In this document: one piece after another, positions 1-10,421 of the stretch
Position numbering within the stretch: the first letter of the stretch is position 1
Layout of the letters: each line of letters opens with the position of its first letter
From: Azolla caroliniana
Lineage: Eukaryota; Plantae; Polypodiophyta
Direction: 5' to 3'
Assembly (NCBI GenBank): GCA_043228905.1
Contig: JBHGNT010000004.1
Coordinates: 6,014,001-6,078,000, forward strand
Length of the DNA stretch: 64,000 nucleotides
Notes under the pieces: generated by a model
Told to the model about the DNA's origin: nothing
Databases searched by the model: none
The model's input: only the letters and a program-made list of their open reading frames with translations
Position numbers and translations under genes: made by a program

Positions 1-5
1 TGGAT

Positions 6-1322
6 CTATGTTCGAAGCGCGACCAATTCTTGGGTTGTTGTTAGCGTCAGGTGTTCCCTACGCTTTTCCTCTTCGTCCAATTGGTCTGCTACCCCCGACA
101 CCTGCTCTGAGAGCCATCTCAGCCATTGTTGCTTGGTACTTCTTTCCAGTCCATGATCCGGGGTGCGTTCCTTGCTTCCGTTCCTTGGTTCGGACTGTTT
201 CTCCTGTCCACTCTCCGGCTGTTCCGATACCCGTTCATTTCCCATATCCGGAATTAACGGTTCTCTGAAATCCGGCAAAACCGGTTCCGGTGCTGCCTCC
301 TTTGGTGCGGTCCTGGCTTCTTCCTGTTTCCTTTCCGCCTCGGCTACTGGAGTCGGTCCCTTCGCCCGTCGCTGAGAGCCGTCAACTGGTGGAGCTAGTC
401 CTTTCGCCCGTTTCTCCCGTCCCTGTCTTGGTGGGAGTCTCACCAGTTGCTTGGATGAGTCCTCCGGCTCAGCTTCCTCCTCAGGTGCGGTTCCCAAACG
501 GATCTTTTGTATAAAGTCCTCTGGTTCGGGTTCCGGCCTTCGTACCGTTATCTTGATCGGCTTGTGCACCACCGGCTCTTCCTCAGCCGGTTCTTGCGCG
601 CGGGTGGTCTTCTTTGTCGTTTTCTCCTTCCCCTTCCCTGCCGGTTTTGCTTGTGCCACCGGCTGTTCCGGTTGTCGTCGGGATGGCCCTTCTTCCGGTT
701 GTTCTTCTTCTTCTTGGGTCCATCCCGGAGTGTGTTTCTCCAAGAGTTGTCGGCGTTTTGCTATCTTCTTAGGAGTGGTATCCTGCCGAGCTCGCTTCTT
801 CTGCTTGATGGGGAGAACTGGTGGGACTAACACCGTCAGCCACTGCACTATCCCGGTCCATGACTTCTTCCCGTCCACCAGGTTCCCGATGGCGTCCTTT
901 AGTCCTCCGGTTATGAAGTGGAGCTAGTCCACTTGCAGGCCTTCATATGCCGCAATTATGAACCCTGCCCGGTACTTTGGTATGGCCGGGGGATGAGGGT
1001 GTACAAACCCGTACTCCATCATGGGCCGGGCCACCTCCCCGAACAACAGGTTCTGTCCGCCCTGCGTTCGGTACGCCTTGCTGCTTATAGAGTATTCCCC
1101 GAAATACTCGAACAAGATCTGATTGGAGGGGTGCTCGATGGATCGGAGTCCTCCGGCTTGTAGACCTATGAGCGCCTGTACTGCGCCTTCCGTGATCTCC
1201 AACAGATCGATCGTTGCTGCCGCCTGCTCCGGTTCCCCGTGTGGTGGAGCGTCGACGATGCGCAGCAGTCCTTCCAAACCGTTTTCTGTCATCCATTGTC
1301 GTGCTTCATCTGACAACGCCAT
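6..1322 (-). pseudogene. Extra 3' ORF of gypsy A (unknown function), split by one in-frame TAG
   Basis: ORFs 924-1322 and 6-878 are in the same frame (offset 444 nt); homologous N-termini occur at ~43072 and ~57448 downstream of related integrases. Confidence 0.75.
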
Positions 1323-1816
1323 GGGTACTACTTCTTCCTCCAGTTTTTGTTGATCGGTGTGGGAGAGACGTGCTGAGTGTGTGGATGCTCTTCTGTGCTC
1401 TCGCGCGTGTGTGACTGCAAACTCGTAAAATGTGAATCCCTAACAGGCCTTTGCCTTTTGTAGGTGCGTTTCCCTCGAGCCGTCCTTTCTTGATTCCCGC
1501 GCATGCATAACTCCCGCCATAATTAGCAAGTCCTTTCTTGATTCCCACGCGTGCAAATCTCCTCGTGCTTCGGTGGTTGTGCATTAATTAGTAAGTACTT
1601 GCCCACGTTCTGGGCTTTAAATAGCAAGTACCCCACGTCTCTCCGTTTAACAAATGGCGCCTCTTCATTGAGTAATTGGCGGCGCTTCCTTCTTTGAATG
1701 ACTGGCGCTCCCACCTTTTCCAATCTCCATCGTCATTATGACCTGTTGATTATTTTCTTATGTTTAAATTTTTGTTTTTTTTTTTTGTTGTTTTTTTCTC
1801 TTTCGGTCCGTCCACG

Positions 1817-4704
1817 TCATTTGTTGGTTCCAACCGGGTTGTCCGGGTCGGTTCTCGCCGGTACCGGAACCTCTTCATGCCGGTTATCCGGAGCAGCTTC
1901 GGTCGGTTCTTCCTCATGCCGGTTCTCCGGGTTGTCTAGTTCCGTGTTCCCTGGGAACGGGTTAGCTGGCATATGTCCTTTATAAGGCTTCAACCGGAAA
2001 CCATTTGCCCATTTGCCGATGACTTCTCCTGCCAACGTGCCGAGCTGGTACGATCCATTGTACTCCTTGGTTATCCAGAATGGTCCGGTCCACCGAAACC
2101 GTAATTTCCCTGGCATGTTCCCCATTCGGGTCTGGAACAGTAGTACCGGTTTCCCGACTTCAAACTCCTTTTCGTTGCCCCGCCGGTGCCGGTCCACGAA
2201 CGCCTTCCTTCTCCTTTGTTCCAGTTCCAGCTGCAACAAACTGGCTATCCGGTTTTCCTCTAATTCTAATAATGTTGCCAGCCGAATTCGTTTGGACTCT
2301 TTTTCGCTCAAGCGCTCCTTTACCTGGATCCGTAAACTGGGAATCTGAAATTCAACCGGCATTACCGCTTCTAAGCCGAATGCCAGTCGGAACGGGGTTG
2401 TCCGGATGCTGGTTTTATATGTTGTCCGGTACGCCCAAAGTGCGCTCTGCAGTTTTGTGTCCCAATCAGTTCGGTTCTCGTTGACAATCTTTCGCAGAAT
2501 GTTTTGCAGGGTTTTGTTCGTCGACTTCACTAGTCCGTTGGCTTGCGAGTAGTAAGGAGTGCTCCGTTTCTGTACTACCGCGTAAAATGACGTCAGACTT
2601 TCCACTACCTGCCCGAGAAAGTGCATAGCTAGCGTTGTCAGCTTCAATTCGCATGTTTGAACATAAAAATCCGATATCAAACGAGCTCCTTGGTCACTTA
2701 TTAGCTCGATCAGGCACCCATACCGGCACCATATGCATTCATACAAGAACTTCGTTGTGGAAGCGGCCGTGTTGTCCCGTAGTGCCTTCGCCTCCACCCA
2801 CTTGGTACAATAGTCGGTCGCCAATATGATATAACGATTTCCGGTTCTCATGGTCGGGGGCTTAAAGGGACCGACAAAGTCTAGTCCCCACTTTTGAAAT
2901 GGTTCTAAGGGTAGAACCGGGTGGTGCGGCATCCTGGCATGCTCCGTCGGTTGGCCCAGTCGCTGGCACAAATCGCATTCCTTGGTATATCTCATGGCAT
3001 CCTTTAGAGTGGTTGGCCACCACAGTCCGCTCTGCCATATCTTCCGAGTTGTTGCTTCGCCGGCATAATGCCCTCCGGCTATGCCACAGTGGGCTTCCCT
3101 GAGGATCAAATCCTTCTCGTCACTCCGCACCGTTCGTCTCCAGATGCCGTCTGCCCCCTTGTGGTAAAGGTTGTCTCCGACCAGACAGAAGTTTCTGCTT
3201 CGGACCGCCAACCGTTTCCTCTCATCCCGATTCATGTTTTCCGGGGGTACTCCGGTACTCAGGAACTGGTGCATTTCGGTTAGCCATTTGTCCTCATCTG
3301 CCACTGTTGCATCCATGGCCGGTTCTGTCGTGATCCGGAACAGCTCGGCGTCGGGGAACTCATCTTGTACGTTGTTCCTTGCTTCGCCGGATTCGAGCCT
3401 ACTTAAGTAATCTGCTACCGCATGCTGAACCCCGGGTCGGTGGAAGATGTCAAATTCGAATTCTTGTAGCAGCAATGTCCACCGTGTGATTTTCCCGGTC
3501 AATGATGCCTTTGATACCAGGTAGAGTAGTGCCGAATGATCCACATGGAAGGAGAATTTCCATCCGAGTAAGTAGTGTCTGTACTTTGTGACACTATATA
3601 CCATCCCCAAGGCCTCTCGCTCCGTCGTGGAGTAGTTCCGTTCTGCTTTTGAGAGTTTTCGGCTTGTGTAGTAAACCGGTCGGTACCATTTTGGCTCTGT
3701 TAGCTGCATTAGGACATTGCCGATTGCAACGTTCGATGCGTCGACGAAAACGTGAAAGCTTTTGGTCCAATCTGGCGGTTGAACTACCGGGGCTTGCGAT
3801 AGCATAACCTTTAATGCTTGGTATGCTTTTTCTTTGGTGTTCGCCCATTGGAAAGGTACTCGGTGTACGACGGCGTGTAATGGTGTAGCAAAATCCGCGA
3901 GGTGCCGTATCATCCGACTATGCCACCTTATTTGGCCCAGGAACCGACTTAGGGCTTTTGCATTGCTTGGCGCCGGTGCCTTGAGGATTGCTTTTACTTT
4001 GTCCGGATCTACCGCGATTCCTTCCTTGCTCACCACGTGTCCCAATAAGTTGCCGCTTGCTACTCCAAAGACACATTTGGCCGGATTCAAACTCACTTTT
4101 CTAAGCACAGCCGCAGGTGATCGAGATGTTCCCGTGTCGGCTGTAGACCGCGAAATCATCGAGGAATACCTGCATAAACCCGGGAATGTATTCCCCAAAG
4201 ATTTCCATTATTATACGTTGAAATGTCGTTGGGGCCGTCTTTAACCCGAACATCATCACGACTGCCATGAACACCCCCCATTCTGTGACGAATGCCGTTT
4301 TCTCCTGGTCGGCTGGGTTCATTCGGATCTAGTTGTACCCACTGAATCCGTCCAGGAAACTGTAGACTTCATGACCGGCCACCGCATCTAGTACTCCGTC
4401 CATAAACGGTAATGGAAATGCGTCGATCACTGTTGCGGCATTCAATTTCCGGTAGTCCACGCATACCCGGATCTTGCCGTTCTTCTTTGGAACGACCACT
4501 ATCGGGCTTAGCCAGGTCGCCTGCTTTACTGGTCGGATGAATCCGACCCGGAGTAGCTTGTCGATTTCCTCCTTAACCTTCGCCGCATAGTTCGGGTTCA
4601 TCCGGTATCTTCGTTGGGCTACTGGTTTCGCGTTTGTACTCAGATGAATCTAGTGTTGGTACAGCTGGGGGTCCAACCCTCGCATGTCTTCATACGACCA
4701 TGCG
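1817..4704 (-). pseudogene. pol of gypsy A: RT (disrupted), RNase H, integrase
   Basis: ORFs 4329-4601, 4101-4322 and 1817-4198 carry RT, RH and integrase motifs (HHCC: EAHCGIAGGH...CDLCQ), with a stop and a frameshift in RT. Confidence 0.9.
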
Positions 4705-4709
4705 AATAC

Positions 4710-5480
4710 TGTTGGGATTACGGTCCCTCCGGATGGGATGGTCAGATGTCCGGGAATCGGGAATGAAGACCCGAACGAGGAGTACCCGGTATTGGTTCCG
4801 GATGATGAAGACCCCGGCTACGGAGCCGGATGACGAAGACCCGGTTTCGGATCCGGATGATGAAGACCCCGGCTACGGAGCCGGATGACGAAGACCCGGT
4901 TTCGGATCCGGATGATGAAGATCCCGGCTACGGAGCCGGATGACGAAGACCCGGTTTCGGATCCGGATGATGAAGACCCCGGCTACGGAGCCGGATGACG
5001 AATGTACCCGGAGAGAGATCCGGATGCGGGGACATATCTGTGAATATGTTTACCAAGGGCCCTCGAGGCTATATTTGTAGATAGCCCGAAAGTCATATGT
5101 GTGTAAATATGACTTAGGGCAAACAGTTTTGTTGTTGTTGCTCATTTTTCTATTTTCCACTTAGAGGGAGCGAAGTGAGAGCAGCCGAGAGAGAGAAAGA
5201 GAGAGAGAAAGGAAGAGGTCGACGCCTCTGTGTAATACCGCCGCCTGTGGCGAGGACAGCGAGCTCAAGGTCGTCGCCTTGTAGCTCGCCATTGTACATT
5301 CCCTGCGTATAGTGATAGTTGGAGTCTTGCACTCCCGTGGTTTTTCCCGTCTAGGGTTTTCCACGCTAAACCCTGTGCATTCGAGTCTCTCTCTGTGTTT
5401 TTGATTTACTTCTGCATTGATTCGTGTTTCCTCGGTTGTGGCCGAGAGGTGAAGGTTTTGAAAGCGTCCATTACCTAACA
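4710..5480 (+). repeat. 5' LTR of copia B (771 bp)
   Basis: TGTTGGGATT...TTACCTAACA; near-identical to 9596-10421. Confidence 0.97.
4798..5002 (+). repeat. 55-bp tandem repeat (28+27-bp subunits) in U3 of the 5' LTR, 3 full units plus a partial
   Basis: Unit ccggatgatgaagaccccggctacggagccggatgacgaagacccggtttcggat at 4798, 4853, 4908, 4963 (partial). Confidence 0.95.
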
Positions 5481-5483
5481 ATC

Positions 5484-5495
5484 TGGTATCAGAGC
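5484..5495 (+). promoter_or_regulatory. Primer binding site, initiator tRNA-Met
   Basis: TGGTATCAGAGC 3 nt after the 5' LTR. Confidence 0.95.
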
Positions 5496-5511
5496 GACTG
5501 CAGTGCAGAAA

Positions 5512-8500
5512 ATGGAAGGCGGCAGCAGCGGGCAGCCGGGGATGATGGTGCTGAATGCGCAGAACTACGCCGACTGGAAGATAAAGATGGAGGATCTGCT
5601 CATTGTTCGGGACCTGTATGAACCGATCGACAGGTCGGAAATACCCAAGGGGGTACTTGAGACGGAATGGAGGCTTCTGAACCGGAAAGCCGTTGCAACC
5701 ATTCGGCAATACGTCGATGTGAGCGTTCTACAACATGTGGCGAACGACACCAACGCATATGAGATGTGGCAGAAGCTGTCGGGCCTCTACGAGAGGAAGA
5801 ATGCGTTGAACCGGACCTCCTTGATGAGGAAGATAGTGAACCTCAAGTACCGGGACGGCGAGAGTATGGTGGAACACGTAAGCACGTTCATGGGATTCGT
5901 GAACCAGCTTGCGGCTATCAAGTTCCCGTTGGAGGATGCAATGCAAGCCATCATGCTGATGTGTACATTGCCGGAAAGCTGGGAGAACTTGGTGGTGACT
6001 CTCAGCACCTCCTGCACTGAAGATAACTTGTCCCTACAAACGGTAAAGACAAGCATTTTGAACGAAGAAGCACGTCGGAGAGATAAAGAACCGGCCTCCG
6101 ATCCGAAGATGCTGCTTACCGAATCGGATCGGGGAAGACAACGGAACCGGAGTCCGCAAAGACGGGAGAAGTCGGGGACCCGGTCGCGGTCAAGAGGAAG
6201 GCCCACATGCTTCCACTGTGGGAAGCCGGGGCACTTCCGAAAGAATTGTCGGCATTACCGAAAAGACAACGGAGCCGACGACACCGATTCGAAGAAGTCT
6301 TCGGAACGGAACGGTGCTTACCGGGGAGCCACGGACCGGAATGGTTCGGATCGGCGAGGGCAGGACCGGAAAGGAACGACGGCACTCGCGGCAACTGAAG
6401 AGGAGATCATGCTCATCACCGAAGAAGGTGAACTAAACATTGCCTGCGATGAGACTACCTGGGTGGTCGATTCCGGAGCGTCGTTCCACCTGACCCCGGA
6501 AAGAAGATACTTCTCATCCTACACAGCCGGTGAGCATGGCTGTGTTCGGATGGGAAATGAAGGTACGTGCCGGATTGCCGGCATAGGAGACGTGTGGTTG
6601 ACAACCTCGACCGGATGCAAAATGTTGCTGAAGGATGTTCGACACGTTCCGGAGGTTCGATTGAACCTGATTTCGGCTGGGAGGCTAGACGATGAAGGCT
6701 ACACAGGTAGCATCCGGAACTGCGTTATGAAGTTCAGCAAGGGGAGCCTGATAGTGGCTCGGGCCTGGAAAGTCAACACATTGTACCTTATGAATGCCTG
6801 GTTGTGTCCGGATGAGTTGAACGTGGCAGCCGACACTGCCGGTGAGCTGTGGCACAAGAGACTGTGCCACATGAGTGAGAAGGGGATGAAGAGGCTTGCA
6901 GAAGACAACCTTATTCTAGTGAAGCATGTGCACCTGGAGAAGTGCACCGATTGCCTGGCCGGTAAGCAGAACCAAACCTCCTTCCACTCAAGGCCACCGA
7001 CGAGACGTAGCGCACCATTGGAGTTGGTGCACACTGACGTGTGTCAAGTAGAAACGAAGTCACATGGCGGAGCCCAGTACTTCGTGACATTCATTGATGA
7101 CCACAGCCGGAAGCTGTGGACGGCACCGTTGAAGAAAAAGGACCAAGTGTTGTGCGTCTTCAAAGAACTCCACGCGAGAGTGGAAAGGGAATCCGGCAAG
7201 AAGCTGAAAGCGATACGAGCGGATAATGGAGGGGAATACCGGGGGCAGTTCGAGGAGTACTGTCGCTCGAAGGGAATCCGGCTCGAGTTTACTGTGCCGA
7301 AGACGCCGGAACTGAACGGGCTGGCCGAGAGGATGAACCGGACCATAATGGAGAGGGTCCGGAGTATGCTGGCGCATGCGAAACTACCCAAGGGGTTTTG
7401 GGCTGAGGCAATGTCGATGGCGACATACGTGATAAACAGATCACCCTCAGTACCTTTGGACGGAGACACGCCGCAGAGAGTGTGGACCGGTAGGGAAGTA
7501 TCCTACCGGCATCTGAAGGTGTTCGGGTGTCTCGCATATGTGCATGTGGCAAAAGACCGGAGAGGAAAGCTAGATCCAAAGACCCGGCCATGCATATTCC
7601 TCGGTTACGGCGATGACGAGTTCGGCTACCGAGTATGGGACCCGGTCGACAAAAAGATATTCCGGAGTCGTGATATCATCTTCATGGAGGACAAGACACT
7701 CGCCGACTGGGAGTCGGAGAAGAAGATGAAGGGCTCCAAGTCGACCGGTGAGGATCAACTCTACGAGGAGCAGTCCCGACCGGCAAGGGACCGGTTAGCA
7801 CTCGAGGATCCGGCCGAAGACGGTGAAGAAACAGAACCGGCCGAGGAAGATGAAACTGATACCGGAACCGACCCCGATCCCGAAATGGATTCGGATGAAG
7901 AGGAAACGGAGGAGCCGGTTACCGAAGCTCCGGAACGGAGATATCCTCTAAGAGAGAGAAGGGCCCCCCGGAGATTTCCAGAACCAGAGCACGTGCTGCT
8001 AACCGACGAGGGGGAGCCGGAGAGTTTTGAAGAAGCAAAGCTTGACACCCATAGCCGCAGGTGGTTGAGTGCCATGCAGGAGGAGATGGATTCCCTGCAT
8101 GAGAACCACACATATGAACTTGTGGAGTTGCCGAAAGGAAAGCGGGCACTTAGAAACAAGTGGGTGTTCAAGCTGAAACCGGGAGATGCCGGAAACCCCC
8201 CGAGATACAAAGCCAGGATCGTGGTGAAGGGGTTCCAGCAGAAGAAGGGCGTCGACTTCGACGAGATATTTGCCCCGGTAGTGAAGATGACCTCCATCCG
8301 GACGGTGCTGAGCATAGCGGCAAGCATGGACCTCGAGGTAGAACAGATGGACGTGAAGACGGCATTCCTTCACGGTGACCTCGAAGAAGAGATCTACATG
8401 CAGCAACCGGAAGGATTCGAGAAGAAAGGGAAGGAGCACCTGGTATGCCGGTTGAAGAAGAGCCTTTACGGACTGAAGCAGGCTCCCCGGCAATGGTACT

Positions 8501-9585
8501 GGAAGTTCGACTCTTTCATGACCGACGAAGGGTATCACAAAACGCAGTCTGATCACTGCGTGTTTGTGAAGAAGTTCGAAGGAGGAGACTTTCTAATACT
8601 CCTCCTGTACGTGGACGACATGTTGATCGTCGGACGGGACCAGGTCAAGATACGGATGCTGAAGAAAGCGCTTCACCGAACCTTCTCAATGAAGGACCTG
8701 GGTCCGGCGAGGCAAATACTAGGGATGCACATCATCCGGGACCGGAAGAAGAAGCAGTTGTGGCTGTCACAGGAGAAGTACGTGACAAAGGTGCTTCACC
8801 GGTTCAACATGTCGGAAGCAAGACCGGTCGGGTCAACCCTCCCGGCAAACTGCAAGTTGTCCAGCAAGCAAAGCCCCAAGACAAAGGCTGAGAAGGAGGA
8901 CATGATGAAAGTACCATATGCCTCTGCCGTCGGAAGCTTGATGTACGCAATGGTGTGTACAAGACCGGACATAGGATATGCAGTCGGAGTGGTGAGCCGG
9001 TACATGAGCAATCCCGGCAAAGAGCACTGGAACGCGGCCAAGTGGATACTCCGATACCTGAAGGGCACGACAAACGTGTGCCTCCGATTCGGCTCCGGTA
9101 AGCCCGAACTCGACGGCTTTACCGATTCGGATATGTCGGCTGATGCAGATACCAGCCGGTCCACATCAGGGTATGTGATGACGTATGCAGGGGGAGCTGT
9201 TTCGTGGCAGTCGAGGCTGCAGAAGACGGTTGCGTTGTCAACCACTGAGGCGGAGTATATGGCGGCTGTTGAAGCCGGCAAGGAAATAATATGGATGAAG
9301 GGCTTCATTAGAGAGCTCGGTATCCGGCAGGAGGAGTACCGACTCTACTGCGACAGTCAGAGTGCCATCCACCTTGCGAAGAATGCGGCCTATCACTCCC
9401 GGACGAAGCACATCCAACGAAGATATCACTGGATCCGGGAAAGGATAGAAGACCAGGAGTTCGTGCTGACGAAGATCCACACGGACGAGAACGGGTCAGA
9501 TATGCTGACCAAAGTGCTCACACCTGACAAGCTGGAAGCGTGCCGGAAGAGGGTCGGACTGGAAAGACATCCCATGCCGAAGTGA
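5512..9585 (+). CDS. Copia Gag-Pol polyprotein (gag, CCHC, protease, integrase, RT, RNase H)
   Basis: Single ORF (track 5503-9585, first ATG at 5512) with CFHCGKPGHFRKNC, WVVDSGAS, WHKRLCH, DNGGEY, LYVDDML, TKHI. Confidence 0.97.
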   Translation: MEGGSSGQPGMMVLNAQNYADWKIKMEDLLIVRDLYEPIDRSEIPKGVLETEWRLLNRKAVATIRQYVDVSVLQHVANDTNAYEMWQKLSGLYERKNALNRTSLMRKIVNLKYRDGESMVEHVSTFMGFVNQLAAIKFPLEDAMQAIMLMCTLPESWENLVVTLSTSCTEDNLSLQTVKTSILNEEARRRDKEPASDPKMLLTESDRGRQRNRSPQRREKSGTRSRSRGRPTCFHCGKPGHFRKNCRHYRKDNGADDTDSKKSSERNGAYRGATDRNGSDRRGQDRKGTTALAATEEEIMLITEEGELNIACDETTWVVDSGASFHLTPERRYFSSYTAGEHGCVRMGNEGTCRIAGIGDVWLTTSTGCKMLLKDVRHVPEVRLNLISAGRLDDEGYTGSIRNCVMKFSKGSLIVARAWKVNTLYLMNAWLCPDELNVAADTAGELWHKRLCHMSEKGMKRLAEDNLILVKHVHLEKCTDCLAGKQNQTSFHSRPPTRRSAPLELVHTDVCQVETKSHGGAQYFVTFIDDHSRKLWTAPLKKKDQVLCVFKELHARVERESGKKLKAIRADNGGEYRGQFEEYCRSKGIRLEFTVPKTPELNGLAERMNRTIMERVRSMLAHAKLPKGFWAEAMSMATYVINRSPSVPLDGDTPQRVWTGREVSYRHLKVFGCLAYVHVAKDRRGKLDPKTRPCIFLGYGDDEFGYRVWDPVDKKIFRSRDIIFMEDKTLADWESEKKMKGSKSTGEDQLYEEQSRPARDRLALEDPAEDGEETEPAEEDETDTGTDPDPEMDSDEEETEEPVTEAPERRYPLRERRAPRRFPEPEHVLLTDEGEPESFEEAKLDTHSRRWLSAMQEEMDSLHENHTYELVELPKGKRALRNKWVFKLKPGDAGNPPRYKARIVVKGFQQKKGVDFDEIFAPVVKMTSIRTVLSIAASMDLEVEQMDVKTAFLHGDLEEEIYMQQPEGFEKKGKEHLVCRLKKSLYGLKQAPRQWYWKFDSFMTDEGYHKTQSDHCVFVKKFEGGDFLILLLYVDDMLIVGRDQVKIRMLKKALHRTFSMKDLGPARQILGMHIIRDRKKKQLWLSQEKYVTKVLHRFNMSEARPVGSTLPANCKLSSKQSPKTKAEKEDMMKVPYASAVGSLMYAMVCTRPDIGYAVGVVSRYMSNPGKEHWNAAKWILRYLKGTTNVCLRFGSGKPELDGFTDSDMSADADTSRSTSGYVMTYAGGAVSWQSRLQKTVALSTTEAEYMAAVEAGKEIIWMKGFIRELGIRQEEYRLYCDSQSAIHLAKNAAYHSRTKHIQRRYHWIRERIEDQEFVLTKIHTDENGSDMLTKVLTPDKLEACRKRVGLERHPMPK

Positions 9586-9593
9586 AGGGGGAG
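9584..9593 (+). promoter_or_regulatory. Polypurine tract of copia B
   Basis: GAAGGGGGAG just before the 3' LTR. Confidence 0.9.
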
Positions 9594-9595
9594 TT

Positions 9596-10421
9596 TGTTG
9601 GGATTACGGTCCCTCCGGATGGGATGGTCAGATGTCCGGGAATCGGGAATGAAGACCCGAACGAGGAGTACCCGGTATTGGTTCCGGATGATGAAGACCC
9701 CGGCTACGGAGCCGGATGACGAAGACCCGGTTTCGGATCCGGATGATGAAGACCCCGGCTACGGAGCCGGATGACGAAGACCCGGTTTCGGATCCGGATG
9801 ATGAAGACCCCAGCTACGGAGCCGGATGACGAAGACCCGGTTTCGGATCCGGATGATGAAGATCCCGGCTACGGAGCCGGATGACGAAGACCCGGTTTCG
9901 GATCCGGATGATGAAGACCCCGGCTACGGAGCCGGATGACGAATGTACCCGGAGAGAGATCCGGATGCGGGGACATATCTGTGAATATGTTTACCAAGGG
10001 CCCTCGAGGCTATATTTGTAGATAGCCCGAACGTCATATGTGTATAAATATGACTTAGGGCAAACAGTTTTGTTGTTGTTGCTCATTTTTCTATTTTCCA
10101 CTTAGAGGGAGCGAAGTGAGAGCAGCCGAGAGAGAGAAAGAGAGAGAGAAAGGAAGAGGTCGACGCCTCTGTGTAATACCGCCGCCTGTGGCGAGGACAG
10201 CGAGCTCAAGGTCGTCACCTTGTAGCTCGCCATTGTACATTCCCTGCGTATAGTGATAGTTGGAGTCTTGCACTCTCGTGGTTTTTCTCGTCTAGGGTTT
10301 TCCACGCTAAACCCTGTGCATTCGAGTCTCTCTCTGTGTTTTTGATTTACTTCTGCATTGATTCGTGTTTCCTCGGTTGTGGCCGAGAGGTGAAGGTTTT
10401 GAAAGCGACCATTACCTAACA
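9596..10421 (+). repeat. 3' LTR of copia B (826 bp, one more 55-bp unit; array 9684-9943)
   Basis: Same sequence as the 5' LTR apart from one extra unit and a few substitutions. Confidence 0.97.

Larger units (their letters stand above)
4710..10421 (+). mobile_element. Intact, young Ty1/copia LTR retrotransposon (element B)
   Basis: TG...CA LTRs 4710-5480 and 9596-10421; 5-bp TSD AATAC at 4705-4709 and 10422-10426; PBS, PPT and an uninterrupted polyprotein. Confidence 0.98.

Noticed and set aside
4634-4888. ORF with PDDEDP repeats as a host gene
   Set aside because: It is a translation of the 55-bp LTR repeat and crosses the insertion junction
5484-5495. Satellite tRNA-Met as the primer for the local copia elements
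   Set aside because: The PBS TGGTATCAGAGC matches initiator Met; the satellite is elongator Met (3' end TCACCCCA), which would need TGGTGGGGTGAG
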